The notes below the pieces were generated by a model. It had not been told where the DNA came from. It worked only from the letters and a program-made list of their open reading frames with translations, and did no database searches. Shown in pieces: positions 22,844-35,799 of a DNA stretch of 64,000 nucleotides. The translations under genes and the position numbers were made by a program. Source of the stretch: Nemertoderma westbladi (Eukaryota; Animalia; Xenacoelomorpha); NCBI GenBank assembly GCA_032718475.1, contig JAUCBJ010006805.1:100161-164160 (forward strand), in the 5' to 3' direction. The first letter of the stretch is position 1. The number at the start of each line of letters is the position of its first letter.

Positions 22844-24408
22844 CGCAATTACCATTTAGTGTTTCAGACTGGGCATTTTACTCGCATTGTTACATGGTTT
22901 ATTAAATAATCCGAAAGAGTCAAAATATATAAAAATGGAGATTATGAACGTCTTTTTTGTCAAATGCACTAACAATTTGTGCCTCATCACTAAGCCTCGT
23001 GCTGCGCGAAGACTCAACGAATGTGTTATCTACAATTAATACTAGGCTGTAGGCCTACAGTGTATTTTCCGACCATGTTTTAACTACTGCATGGCCTGTG
23101 GAGCATTTGCAGAAACATCATATACACCGTTTCATATGCATTACAAAAATATATATTACATAATGAGGCATTGCTATATAATTATTAATCAGTGTTTGCG
23201 CTTTTAAGACCTTTGACAGTTTAACCTGCCAAATTAGGATGTCTTTTAGATGATAGATAGTCTTTAGCCTATGACGAGTATTTGATACACTACATTAGCC
23301 GAAGCCAGTCTATGCGCAATCATTCACCCGCTGGATATACCCGGGAGACTGAATTCGGAAGCTTAATGATTGATGGTGTAAGCCTACTGTATTATTCGAC
23401 TGATCGTAATATATAATCTCTGACAAATATTATTCACTTTCGGGAAATATTAACCGTTCCTTTAGGACGTGGCGCTCTAAATATGTAAACAGAGTTATGA
23501 CTTAAACCAGACGCAATGAGATGGCTATAGATTCACGTATATGGCGCATTCTTTAGGAGATGCTTTGTTATCGGTCACAATCATACACAATGCTGCACAA
23601 TGCCGCACACCAATCTGCCGACCTTCACTAATTTTAGTCACATACAAAGAGAATAACAGACAATACATGTAGGGCCTATAAAATAGCATTAGATTCACTT
23701 CACACCACTTAACATAAGTCGCAATCGTTTATATGTAACCGGTCTCTCTAACCTTTAGTATATCAAGAAGATTGGGGTGTCTGACTATTGATCAGTATTC
23801 CAAATATAATCTTCCATCAACAAATATAATGAATAACCGACAGCAAAAGCAGTAATGTTAAGTAAGATATGCATGATATGTTTAGATAACAGATATACGT
23901 TCTATAATTAAGCCTACTAATGTTAAGCTAAAGACTGAAACACGGAGGTGCCAAAAGCCGGTGTTCTTAGGCTCTGGGCATAAACATAACACTGAATTCC
24001 TGAGTTTCTGTATCCAACCTCCAACACAGAGACAAAAAACGCTCTGATTGGTCGACCGTACAAAGAGAGAACAAAGAACAAAGAAATGTTCGACGTGGCA
24101 ATATCAGCTGTTAGCCGTCGTCATGGTAGTGACACTGTTTTCAAGAGTATCCAGCTTATTGCGTCACGAAATTGCGGATTATGTCCGCTAAAGTACACCT
24201 ACAGAAGAAATTACTTTTATGTCCTCTAAAACACCAGTACAGTAAGGACACGGCCTTTTTATGCCCAGTAAACCAACTACAGAGTACTTTACGGGGAAAA
24301 TAACCAGCTAATTACGCAAAAGCTTTTACACCACTCCCAGAAAATGGGATTTAAGTCTATAAAATATAACAAATCACAGTTTCTAAAATATAAAGATACT
24401 CTAAACAG

Positions 24409-25952
24409 TTAGTCTTTCTTACGCAGATGGCGTTTACGCAGTTTTTTGAGGCTAGCAAGAGTCCTTTTCTCTTTGGGGCGAGCCACTTTACTAGGAGGGC
24501 TATAAATCCTGGGTGAAGGGTGCAATATGATTGCATCAGAAGGTGTAGGATTATGGTCGGGGTATCCGCCGTTTCGATATGCTTCTCCTCGAGCTGATTT
24601 TCCTCCGCTCGTAGCTGGATACATTCATCCAAAAACTCTCGCAGAGAATGGGGTTGTCTAAGTTCGATATCTTCTTAGAGATTCTGGATTTCACAATCGA
24701 ACTGAGATAAAGACAATTCGTTTATCGCTTGGACTTGCTGTTACAACTTACGTTTATCTGAACAAACGCAGGTTTCCTTTCTGATCTTTGTAGAATAGCG
24801 TTTAACTCGTTTGGTATAACGTTCTCCGCCACTTTGGTGACAGGTTATATCGTGTTAAGCCGGGACGATGGTAAGGGTTAAACGGCGATATTAAATGTCC
24901 GCGTCCCAATCCGGCTAGGTAGGATGGGCTAATATCTAGGAAGCCCACAACTGGGGTGCCACCGACTAATTGTTCAGGTAACACTAGATCTTTGAGCAGT
25001 GAGTACAGCTCGGGAGGATCCATCATACTAATAGGATCAAGAGTCTGAGGTCTCACTAGGGAATGAGGAGGTCTGATCGAGTATTCCGGAACTCTGATCA
25101 TTGGTTTATTTAAGGATCGTCTGAGTCGAACGAGCGTAGGTGATACGTCAAACAAATTTCGCTCGAAACTCCCGTAAGTATAGCGAGTAAAACCGTGTTT
25201 AATACAACGTCTCCACGGATGTTTAGGTCTTTCCGTTTGTTGGTTGGGTCTAGGGCATCCATCGCAACAACACCAAAGACGCACGTCTTGTAGGGGAAAC
25301 TCGAGTGATCTTTCTCCAGTTCACAATACTCCTCCATCCGTTCGAAGCTATCCGGTGCAACAGGCAGCGGTCGATCAGCGGTAAGATACATCATAGTGGA
25401 ATAGAGCCGTTTGAGTTCTACCATGCGGTCATGATGTATACCTTGAGGATATCGAGTTTCTAGATTCTGTTGACTGGTAATATCGAGATAGGTTTCTCTC
25501 AAGAATTCCAGGTATTTGGTGGAGTCGCTGCGTTTATCCGGCTCTTCGACATCTGCACTTTCGAGTCGGTTTCGAATAGAATTTTCGTGTTCGAGTCTCA
25601 GTTTATCGTTCTGCTTCCGCTGGGTATGATATTTAAATAAACCATTTCCCTTTGGTGTCTATATCGTTCGTATCGTGTAGGTCGATAGGATGACCAGTAG
25701 TTAATAAGTCCATATACGTACCATTACGATGCGTATAGCGAGCGGTGAATTTTCTACAGTCTAACCCACGCGCAAGTTGCTCCCGGGACATTGGCGGTTA
25801 GATATAACGACCATCGTCCTCCGTAGTAGTTGGACCAGCGTCGCCGCGTATCAAGCTATCAACAAACGCTTGTAAAGGTAGAGTATATCGTTCCCTGATA
25901 CCAAGATCATCTTCTATCAACTCAATCATATCTGCTATATAAGTTTATCCAT
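24409..25952 (-). pseudogene. Frameshifted homolog of the extra 3' ORF of element A
   Basis: Same start (atggataaactt) at 25952; fragments YPQGIHHDRMVELKRL, MIRVPEYSIRPPHSL and GGKSARGEAYRNG lie in different frames. Confidence 0.75.
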
Positions 25953-27573
25953 ATTATAATGAGTTTATATTTAGGCGAGCGGGCGTCGCTGCCTACCCCT
26001 CTCTGCCCCCGGACAGTGCGAGATCCTCAGCGCTGGTGTACTTTCGCCGATGTGCCTATCGCCAACGTCGTAGCTGCACAACGACTACAACAACCAGCAT
26101 GAGCCACTCCACCGTCCGTCCCAAAGGCTTAGATATACTTCAGGTTCTTACTGGAGAGTTAGGGTTACTTTCACAATTGCGACTCGCTACTGTAAACACA
26201 CCTTAGTAGTAACATTCACCTACAAACGCACAAATTCCACGTAACAGTCACAAATGGTATACATTCTATCACACATTCGGGTCATTTGTCCGTTAGTCAA
26301 GTGCCTTCCAGAATGTCACGTTGTTATTATGTATCCTTGGATACTAGCGGTGTGCTATTTATTCCGTATGCTATTCAATACGCAAGCCCTTTATTGTTCT
26401 TTTAACTCACTTCTAATTCTAGCGTGGTTGTTGCCATGGTGACATTATGGAAAGCTAGCGGTAGAATTAGGGTAATTCTCATGCATACAGATCTGGGATG
26501 CTATTTAATAGTAATTCTTTAATTGTCAATATCCTCTCTATATATGATTTTATGAATTTTATCGGCTATTGACTATACATTGGAGATTCTCACACACAAA
26601 TACACTTAATATAGTGAATCTCCACTCCCATTATCTATTAATTAATGGAATTTTGGGAATGTTATAAATTGTATAAAATTGCAATTTATTAAATTCATTA
26701 AAGTATGAATTTAAATTTATTCCCTGAAATTTTATTATTTGATAGTTAAATTGACACAATTTGATTCCAGAGCATATCTGGGGACATATGATCCTTGATT
26801 CTATGAATTTGTCTTTTTAAGAGTATCGGTAAATGCTACGATATCTTAATCGACTAGAATGTTAAAGGATCTAAAATTTGACAGATTTTGTAAATATTAA
26901 TAATTAATATTTAGGATGGGCACCAGTTTATTTCAGAACTTGTCTGGGGACGTTAACCATTGATTCTAGAATTGTGTCTTTCAAGTATATCGGTGGGTGC
27001 CGCGATATCTTAATCGACTAGAATTGCAGATGGTCAAAGGGTTTAACAGATTTATTTTGCGTTATACGCTACTGTTAAAGGGACATCACGCTACTATATG
27101 TATTATTTAATATACGGTATGAGAGCAATATCGCACGAAGCAATGTCAGTGAGAAGAGGCAAGTCGTTTCCAAGGTCTACCCGGAGCTTGGTTTAGCCGA
27201 GACACGAGGATCTGACTTTGCATTCCTAATACTCTGCCTACCAATAATACTTGAATATAGTAGTGGCTTTATTGTACTTTAATAAGTACGGACATTTCAT
27301 CTTACTGTAGTTACGTATTCGTAATGTAATACGGGCAGCAAGGAAAGAGAAAAAGAATTATTTCTCGCCGTCGCACTAAATATATAATATATAAGTAATT
27401 AAGTAATAAACACTAATATATTGCACTGATCTACTAAATAATCACTAAATAACATTCTACTAAATAAAATTAAAGAAAACGATTATAATAAAATTACATA
27501 ATAATACATACATAATATAAAATAATAAAAATAAATATAAAATAATATAGTCACACACCCACTCCGTATGTTG

Positions 27574-28620
27574 TTACGTTATGGAGTCCCTAGATATTTG
27601 TTGGATTAGGGAGGTGGTCGTGGGAAGAGTATCTTGCCTTCCATAGTTTCCGGACAGTTTTCGGTCTCTTTCCGGTAAACATAAACGACCAGCTGGGCGA
27701 TTGAGTGGTTGTGTTACTTTCTCCGCTCCCTTGGCCTGTCTAATCTTCACCGGGGTAAGCTGAGGAGGCCATTCATCTTCTTTACTTAGGAAGTCGGGTC
27801 CACCTAACCGGTTTGGAGTATCTGTAAGTTCTTGAGGAGTTGCTCCTCTGGAAGCGATGTCGGCTAGATTGATCGTCTCGGGGCAATGTCTCCATTGATC
27901 TTCGTTGGAGTTGATGTCATCATTATCTGAGGAGTATGGTATTCCCTCAGTTGGGTCGTCAACTTCACTGCTCTCCACTTCCCGTTCACTTAATTGATAT
28001 ACCTGTTCTTTTGGTAATCTTTCCATAAGAGTTCTACGAGAAGGGCCAGTAAAGTACCAACCTACTCTAGTTCTTCCCGCATAAACTTGTAGAGGTTGCG
28101 GTTGAGCAGGCCGTTTCTCCAATGTCTCGAGCGCTTCATGCGCATTTTGACCGATGAGTATTTGGACTCCAGGGTAATCGGTGTTGAATCTAGGTATTTC
28201 AAACTGCTGGGTGAAATCGTCCTCATCCCAGTTATAAGGTTCCACTTGGGTGGTAGCGAAGTTCTTTATTGCCACCATTTTCACTGACCTTATGCTATGT
28301 TCTCCTAGTTCGTCCTGGGGGGTGGACAACGCACCTACATAATAATCCGCTGTTACTGTAGATTTCCAAACCTGCATAATTCCTGACATGTTTAGCTTAG
28401 TTCGGAACTTGGGTTGTCCAGCAAATATGTCTTCGGCTAGCTCTTTGTCGATGAATGTTCCTGTACTACCGGAGTCAAGGAGGGCGTTCACTACATAACT
28501 CCTTTTTGGTCCGTGGACCCTTATCTGTACCACAGGAAATTCTCTAATCCCTACATTGGAAGTTGGCGCTTTCCAAGATGGTTGTCGATCAGAAGTAGTT
28601 AGAGTGAGGTCCGCTTACGT
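27574..28620 (-). CDS. Protease + RNase H remnant ORF of element B
   Basis: ALLDSGSTGTFI..LIGQ..QWRHCPETINLADIASRG; same RT/integrase deletion as A and same C-terminus (SRDSIT). Confidence 0.8.
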
Positions 28621-29907
28621 CCTTCTGGGCTCCTCCCCGAGGCGCACCCACGAGGCGGACGCTTTTCCACCACCCTTGGGGCCAGTCCGACTGATGTTTT
28701 TATCAGACCGGGCCGGAGGGTAGCCCGATGCTTCCCGGGTTCACTTTTCAATCCCCCGATCACACCGGCACAGCTCGTCAGTGTAGCCAGATGGTCGGCT
28801 ACTGTCAACTTACTGTGGCCTGACTGTACATTGAGCCAACTCAGAGAGTCAACCGGCGGGTGGACCAGTCGATAGCGATCGAGCATCAAGGTCGCCCTTG
28901 AGCCAAACCGACGGTCTTGTCCCAAGTGGGCTTGCGCTACCCAACATGGAATATTGACACGTTTTCACCCGCCTCGCCGGCAGTATTGAGGGGAAGTCGG
29001 TTCCGCAAACAATACTGACTAGCTCGAAAGCTAGGAACAAGTAACCACTTACCAGTCACTGTACACGTGTACTCAATAGATGTTCACAATATCAAGTACA
29101 CTACGGTAAACACAAAATCTGACACATACCATGCACACACAGAGGACATAATCAGGAAAGACAAAATCGGGGACAAAATCAGAGGGGACAAAATTGTATC
29201 GACTGTTAAAAGAGTCGAGAGTACCTTATTTTGCCGTCAGGGCAAAACAACTTTGTGTGCACAAAGTATGCTGGGGCGCAGTAAAGATATGGTCCTACTA
29301 ATACCAGCGGCGTCTGGACCAACCGGCAAGGGTTCCCATACTCACTCGCAGTGGCCATACATACACTCACGTATACCACGTACCCACAGCAACAGAAAGC
29401 TCAAGCAAACTGCCACTGATCGTCCACACACACCACAGAATCCAGAGTATCATTCACTCGGACCACACTACAACACCAACCCCTCCTTGCAGCCGATATT
29501 CCGGGTGCCACCTCCATTCCAATAGTAGTACCAACAGAATCATCAGAACCTGCCCATTCCGATGCAACACCTCCATTCCAATAGTGCTACCCTGGGAAAA
29601 GACACGTTTTGGCAACCGATCGGAGACAGTAAAGAGTCTGGTCAACTCATACATACCAAACATAGACCTACCACATAGACCACATAAACCACAGATCACA
29701 CTAAGCCACCACCCCTACTGTGTACAGGACTGGCAGTACGGCAACAGGCCGACTAGACGGTACCACGGCACCATGTTGATTCATGGTTCGTAAGACACGA
29801 GGGCCTTCAGTAACTCCCTTGCACTATAGATACGATTTAACGTGCCCCCAGACCCTCACGAGTCCGCCGCCGCCTGTTGAAAGCACCCCTATAGAGACCT
29901 CACCTCC

Positions 29908-32900
29908 TTAGGCACTTTCTGTATCTTTTTCATAAGTGAGTGCTCGATACACTGCGGTATTTATCATGTAACAGGATTCGTTTTCGTCGGAGAACTCGTC
30001 CGTATAGAATCCTTCCATCTCAGATTGATCAGTGTCGTTCACATCACTGAATTGGACATGTAGTTCGGAATCACTCACCTGACTCGGACTATTTCGCTCG
30101 AATTCAGTGTGCAACAAGATATGATGTTTCGCACCGCACTTTGCACACCTTGCGTCGGAGTAACAGGTTCGCCGTTGGTGTCCTCGTCTGAGGCAATTAT
30201 AACACAACCGCTTATCCCACATGACTTCACGTCTATCCTTTAGTGATTTCCTCAGGAATTCATCACACGCATTTAAACGGTGGGGCCCGTCGCACAGCAC
30301 ACATTTGGGCTTGATGTTACTTACTTTAACATGTGCTGTGTGGTGCACGCTCGTTCTTTCCTCGGGCTTTCTCACCTGAATTCTCTTAGGAGACGTAGGA
30401 GGAGTTTTTCTTACCTGTTCTCTCCTGTCATTGGTTCGAGACTTGAATTTACTTACGTCCTTAGTCGCTTTGTTGTCATAGTAAGATCTTTCAGTGTCTT
30501 TCCCGCTGTCTTCCTCTTGAGAAGCCTGGCTTTCGCCGTCGTCTGTATAACACACTGGTATTACCCTTCTCCTAGAGACGGGTTTCTCACTTACCTTGTT
30601 TTCTGGTGTCTTCTCTCTGGACTGCTTTATGAGCTGTAATTTCACTTCGCCATCCAAGAATGACATGAGATCAGCCATGGTAGGGTCTCGTTGTTGTTGT
30701 TCCATCATATATAACACTGTCTTGTCCCAGCGTGTACCTACTCCACCCTTTGGCAGAGTTGATGCTAAGGCTCCTACAACCATAGAATTCTGGTATTCAT
30801 GAGACTTACCTAACCAATCTAGCTGTCTACAGATCTCCTGAATTTCGTCGGAAAACTCTATAATCCCGCTGCTAAGAAACTTTCGGGGCGCCATTAATTT
30901 TGCATACAAATACCTAGCTATGTTAGTCCTATTACCATACCTGATGTTTATTGTATCCCAAACTTGTCTTAATCCATCTGGATGTCCAATAAACTTTAAC
31001 GCCATTAACTTGGGAGATCCTTCCAAGCACTCGATGAGGAATCTAAGCTTTTCTCCGTTAGATAACACGGAGTTCTGTATGTTATCTTTGTAATATTCAT
31101 TAAAAGGTAACCATTTCATCTCATCTCCATTGAACTTGACGATCTCTCCCATCTTTACCGCTTGACGGGCTTCGGTTCTAGCCATTTGACGCGTAAAACT
31201 TTCTTGGGCCATCGTATTATTTAATATCGAGTTATCGGTATATAAATTTCTCGGATTATGATCAGGTCTATATGGAATATCATTATCAACAGGTTTATAA
31301 TTACCCTGAATAGGGTTTACTATAGGAGTTTCTACTTCACTAGCAGTATAGATGCGTGTAGGCTCCACACCTTGCGCATGAGATACTTCAGACCTAACGG
31401 GTTGACACATTGTTACAGGGGGTGGTGGTATACCCTTTTGTAAATTGACTAATTTATCGCGTTCTAACGCGATACTTTGCTGCACCTTTTGCAACTCTAA
31501 CCTACTTTCCCTGACTGTTCCCTTGAGCTGCTGAACAGTCTCTTCCATTTCCCGGACCTGCTGAGAGGAGCACAAACAGTTTTCCCTCAGCTGCTCGAGC
31601 AGGAGACCCATCTCCCGTCGTCCCTCAGCTACCCACTCGACCGCCGAAGCGGGAGTCACCAACGTAGTAGCGGGCAAGCGAGAGACAACGGGCGATAAAT
31701 TCTTAATATCTCGCTCGGCGTCCAGGATGGGTTCGGACTCGGGAACAGTCCTACTGGGCACAGGTAGTTTCGTGCTGTGCAAAGGGAATTTAGAGGTAGG
31801 TTCTGGGAGTACAGGTGTCTCTATCACCGCAGGGGTGGCTTTGAGAACAGGCCTAATTATTTCAGGCTCATCTACTATAGTAGGGAGTCTTTCTACTGTA
31901 ATAATTTGGTCTGTGGGTTCTGTACTACCTAAGTTGGTGTTATTTAGTTGCCTTCTAACAGCTGGGGGCAAATCAGGCAATTTCTGACGGTGGGACATTC
32001 TTTTACGTCTGCTTAGGCGAGATCGATTTCCTCCGCCTTCAGTGTCGGTGGTATCGCCTTCCTCAGATGATGTATAACCTTGTCTTTTGGGAGTAGATCG
32101 ATTCATCATCTGCATATTACTAGCTGTTAACTGTTTATTAAAGTTGTCTTGTCTCTCTTGAAGATTTTCCAACTCTAGTTGGGTTGTCTCTTCAGATGCC
32201 CTCCGTTCTGCTTCTGCCACTGCTATTTTTCTTTCCGCTTCTGCCGCTGCCACTGCCGCTGCTGCTGTCTTTCTATCTTCTATACGTTTTTTCTTTACTT
32301 GTTCTTCTTGAACCTTAGCGATGCGGATACTTTCATCAAATTTAGCTTGGTTCGCAGCTATCCTATCCACATCAATTGCGTCCAACACACGCTGGGCTCC
32401 TTCACTATTAGGGCTAAGTCCATCTAACCTTCTCCTCAACTCTTCATCTCCTAAAAAACGCTGATAGTCTGACAGATAGATGTCAATGGCATCCCTCTTA
32501 TGCGGTTTCTCGTCCGTCGCTTCACTTTCCACTTGGGAAAAAGTAGCGTCTGTTGATTCTCCATGGGTTGAGCGCTCCTCCAGCTGAGCTTTCCACTGAG
32601 CTGTTCCTTGAACCTGGAGACTCACCCGCTGAAACCAAGTCTTTACGGCAACTTGCAACGACGTGTCTTGTCTTCTTTTAGAAGCCTCTTCAAAGGCCGA
32701 TAAGATTAGCCTGATTCGCAGAATTCTTTCTCTAACTTGATAAAGCAGTTGTCCCTGCTCTTGAGGTCCTTGTGGTTGTTGAAACAGTTGTTCTTTTAGT
32801 CGCTCCATAGAGCTGAAGAATCCCTGTGCGTATCCGGCTGCGGACCTCTTCCACACAGCTGGATCGATGGTTTCCTTGGTTACTCCCATCCGGTGTATGT

Positions 32901-33444
32901 CTTCCCAGGCAGCTTCTGATAAATCAAACGGGAGTCCGGGTCCGGGGAAGTTCCATTGCGACTCGACAATAGACTTCAGTTCTTCCCTTGTGTATCCCGC
33001 ATAACTATCTTTAGTTGATCGCTGACTTCTCGCCCAATCGATCTGGTGTTCTTCCACCGCGATCAATATCCTAGTGAGTACGGCTGCAGGCAGGATGAGA
33101 AGGGGATCCGAATAAACCGCATCCGTCATCTTTGCTCCGCGCTCGGGTGTCAGCTCTACAGTATCCTCACTACTGGAGCTGTCGGGCCGCTGAGAAATAA
33201 GTTCTTGGCTCGCGGGTTGTTGCTGTTCCGCTGCTTCTTGGTCCCGCTTGACCTGAGCTCGAGTGCCTATGATAGACCTACGATGTTGGACCAGCCTAGG
33301 TTCTGTTATTACTACTGGAGGGATGACCTTCCTCACAGTGGGAGGTGAACTGAACTTAGGTGTAGACGGTTCTACACCCTTATCTGAGTCGCAGATAGTT
33401 ACATCTAATAAACTGTCTGACAGGTTCTGCTTAGTATCAGACAT
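29908..33444 (-). CDS. gag: BEL/Pao Gag of element B (1178 aa)
   Basis: Highly similar to A Gag, including the three Cys/His knuckles; ends in TAA, ~1.3 kb before the protease ORF. Confidence 0.9.
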   Translation of the reverse strand: MSDTKQNLSDSLLDVTICDSDKGVEPSTPKFSSPPTVRKVIPPVVITEPRLVQHRRSIIGTRAQVKRDQEAAEQQQPASQELISQRPDSSSSEDTVELTPERGAKMTDAVYSDPLLILPAAVLTRILIAVEEHQIDWARSQRSTKDSYAGYTREELKSIVESQWNFPGPGLPFDLSEAAWEDIHRMGVTKETIDPAVWKRSAAGYAQGFFSSMERLKEQLFQQPQGPQEQGQLLYQVRERILRIRLILSAFEEASKRRQDTSLQVAVKTWFQRVSLQVQGTAQWKAQLEERSTHGESTDATFSQVESEATDEKPHKRDAIDIYLSDYQRFLGDEELRRRLDGLSPNSEGAQRVLDAIDVDRIAANQAKFDESIRIAKVQEEQVKKKRIEDRKTAAAAVAAAEAERKIAVAEAERRASEETTQLELENLQERQDNFNKQLTASNMQMMNRSTPKRQGYTSSEEGDTTDTEGGGNRSRLSRRKRMSHRQKLPDLPPAVRRQLNNTNLGSTEPTDQIITVERLPTIVDEPEIIRPVLKATPAVIETPVLPEPTSKFPLHSTKLPVPSRTVPESEPILDAERDIKNLSPVVSRLPATTLVTPASAVEWVAEGRREMGLLLEQLRENCLCSSQQVREMEETVQQLKGTVRESRLELQKVQQSIALERDKLVNLQKGIPPPPVTMCQPVRSEVSHAQGVEPTRIYTASEVETPIVNPIQGNYKPVDNDIPYRPDHNPRNLYTDNSILNNTMAQESFTRQMARTEARQAVKMGEIVKFNGDEMKWLPFNEYYKDNIQNSVLSNGEKLRFLIECLEGSPKLMALKFIGHPDGLRQVWDTINIRYGNRTNIARYLYAKLMAPRKFLSSGIIEFSDEIQEICRQLDWLGKSHEYQNSMVVGALASTLPKGGVGTRWDKTVLYMMEQQQRDPTMADLMSFLDGEVKLQLIKQSREKTPENKVSEKPVSRRRVIPVCYTDDGESQASQEEDSGKDTERSYYDNKATKDVSKFKSRTNDRREQVRKTPPTSPKRIQVRKPEERTSVHHTAHVKVSNIKPKCVLCDGPHRLNACDEFLRKSLKDRREVMWDKRLCYNCLRRGHQRRTCYSDARCAKCGAKHHILLHTEFERNSPSQVSDSELHVQFSDVNDTDQSEMEGFYTDEFSDENESCYMINTAVYRALTYEKDTESA

Positions 33445-35799
33445 GTTTGTTTACACAGTTGAATGCCTACTGCTATATTACAGTCTAAGCAAGTCTAGTA
33501 ATTCAGCATTAACTGCTAGCCTAGTAATTAATTACCGATACTGCTACTCAGTGTAGCGTGATATATATATAATATTAGAATACCGGTATGCTTATAGTAT
33601 ATATAAGTATTATTAGTAACTAGAATTAATTACAGAATACCGGTATGATTTCAGCCTAAATTTATATATATAATAGGCCTATCTTGAATACCGGTATACA
33701 GCTTACACTTATAATGTGTATATATAAGTATAATTACAGACTAGAATTAATTACAGAATACCGGTATAATTTCAGCCTATATTTATGAAAATAAAGATAA
33801 TAAGCCTATTGTAAATACCGGTATATCAATTATTTTAGAATAATTGAATTTCTGAATTTTAAGGGTTACTTGGTTACTTTAACTTACTTTATTACCGTTA
33901 TTTAAGCAGTAGTCCAACTGATATTGAGACCTAATTGTTGTATGGCAGGCCTACTATTTATAAATCGTTTGAGTTGATTTATAATATATATATACCCGTT
34001 TAATGGGTTTTGTCAATGTTTGAAATAAATGTTATTATTTCTGGGGGAGTCACTACACATAAGCTGTGCGCTCTCAGTGGAGTGCTACTTGTTAGACACT
34101 AAAACAAATAATTCTAATTTACCTAAGTTACTTAATACTACAAATTACGTACAATTCGGGTTGAGATTACAATCTCTAAATAAACACAAAAAATTTAATT
34201 ACAAATACGCAAATACGAATTTTTAGGGTAATTTTACAAGAAGTCTACTAACCAGCCTAACAAAGGGTTAGAATATCTGGTTATTACAACAGACAGGTTA
34301 CTACGGTATTTGAAAATAATAAGTAGTAGTAAATATACTGCGTTGTCCAGATAGGAAAATACCACCGTCTGACGACCTATAACCGTATCGCTATAGGTAC
34401 TACGTTATGTATCATGGAGTGTTCCTACCTAGAGATTAATTACCGCGGTCTACCAGAACCAACGTGCCTATTAACCACTTTACAACACAAATATACTGCC
34501 TACACATTAATCACCTTCGGAAAGTACAGTACACTAAACCCTAAATTAGGTACAAGTACTTGTACAACAAATAATTAGTAGTTAAAAATACTTGAACAGC
34601 TAAAAGAACCACGGTATCTGCCGGAGTGACCAAAGCACAAAATCTCCAGTCTTTACCTACGCCGAGCAGCCCTGATGTAGTACCGGGGTTAGTTTAACTA
34701 TAACGGTATGTATAACAAACACAATTACTGTAGGAATAAACTTGGGGAATGAATGTTGCGAATAATCGCATAAACTCTGAATAATAAATATTACGCTACG
34801 CGTACAAACTACTCAAACAAAATGCAGACCAAATACTGACAGACTACTATCAAGCCTAAACAAACTGTGACGGGATCTACGGATCCCGGTTTATCCGTTG
34901 GGTTTTCTATCCACGCGTCCCCGCCGTTGTGTGAAAGGTAAAATAGTTCTGATGTTGGGTAATATGTATAAAGGTATAATAGTCTGATAGTTGATATAGT
35001 ATAGTATGACACAACAGGTAATATATAATGGCGGTAGCGGACGGTGACAGAAGTCCCCGTTCCACCCTACTGATCTGACTGAGTAAACTGAATGAATGAT
35101 TACAGGTTACTGGTTATATTGCACGGTGGCCTTATTGCTACTCAATCGATGCCTTTCCCCCCTCTGATTGGTTGATATCCCTGTTGGCACCCTTTGGAGT
35201 GTTTCCCTTCACTCCCTGTGTTCTCTCTCGGTTAGGGGTTTGGCCCCTGACCCCTATTGTGTGTGTCTCCTTTGGGGCCTATTGTCCCCGTTTACTGGGC
35301 TGACACGAGGTTGATTGGTAATCAACCTCGTGCTCCCAATATTGCTTTATGGCTCATTCTATGGGTTTGTGTTAGCGGAATTGGATAAGCTAACACTCCC
35401 CCCCATGCTATCTTCCCGGTGAGAAGATAGCATCCAACTCAAGTGCGCTACAATTCTGCTGGATCCCGATCTATTATCGGGTGTGGGGTGGGTCTATTTT
35501 TTCGGAGTCGGCTTTCCAGGCCGCTCCCTATGGGTATGATGTCACTACCCTCTGGCGTCTCGTGTCGGGCCGATCGTGCGCTTCTCTCACACAATTTTTG
35601 TTTCCCCAACACTCTCACCATTCTACTCCAACTCTCGCATACCCCCGGACCTCCTCGTCCCACAATCTTTCTCTCACTTCTCCTCCCCCACACTTGAATT
35701 GCGCCCACGCTCTCTTCGCACTCCGCACTATTACCTCTCCACTCTCTTGTCACTCCCTAAGGCTTTAATCTCTAATGCTACCCCTGTGCTATCATACTA

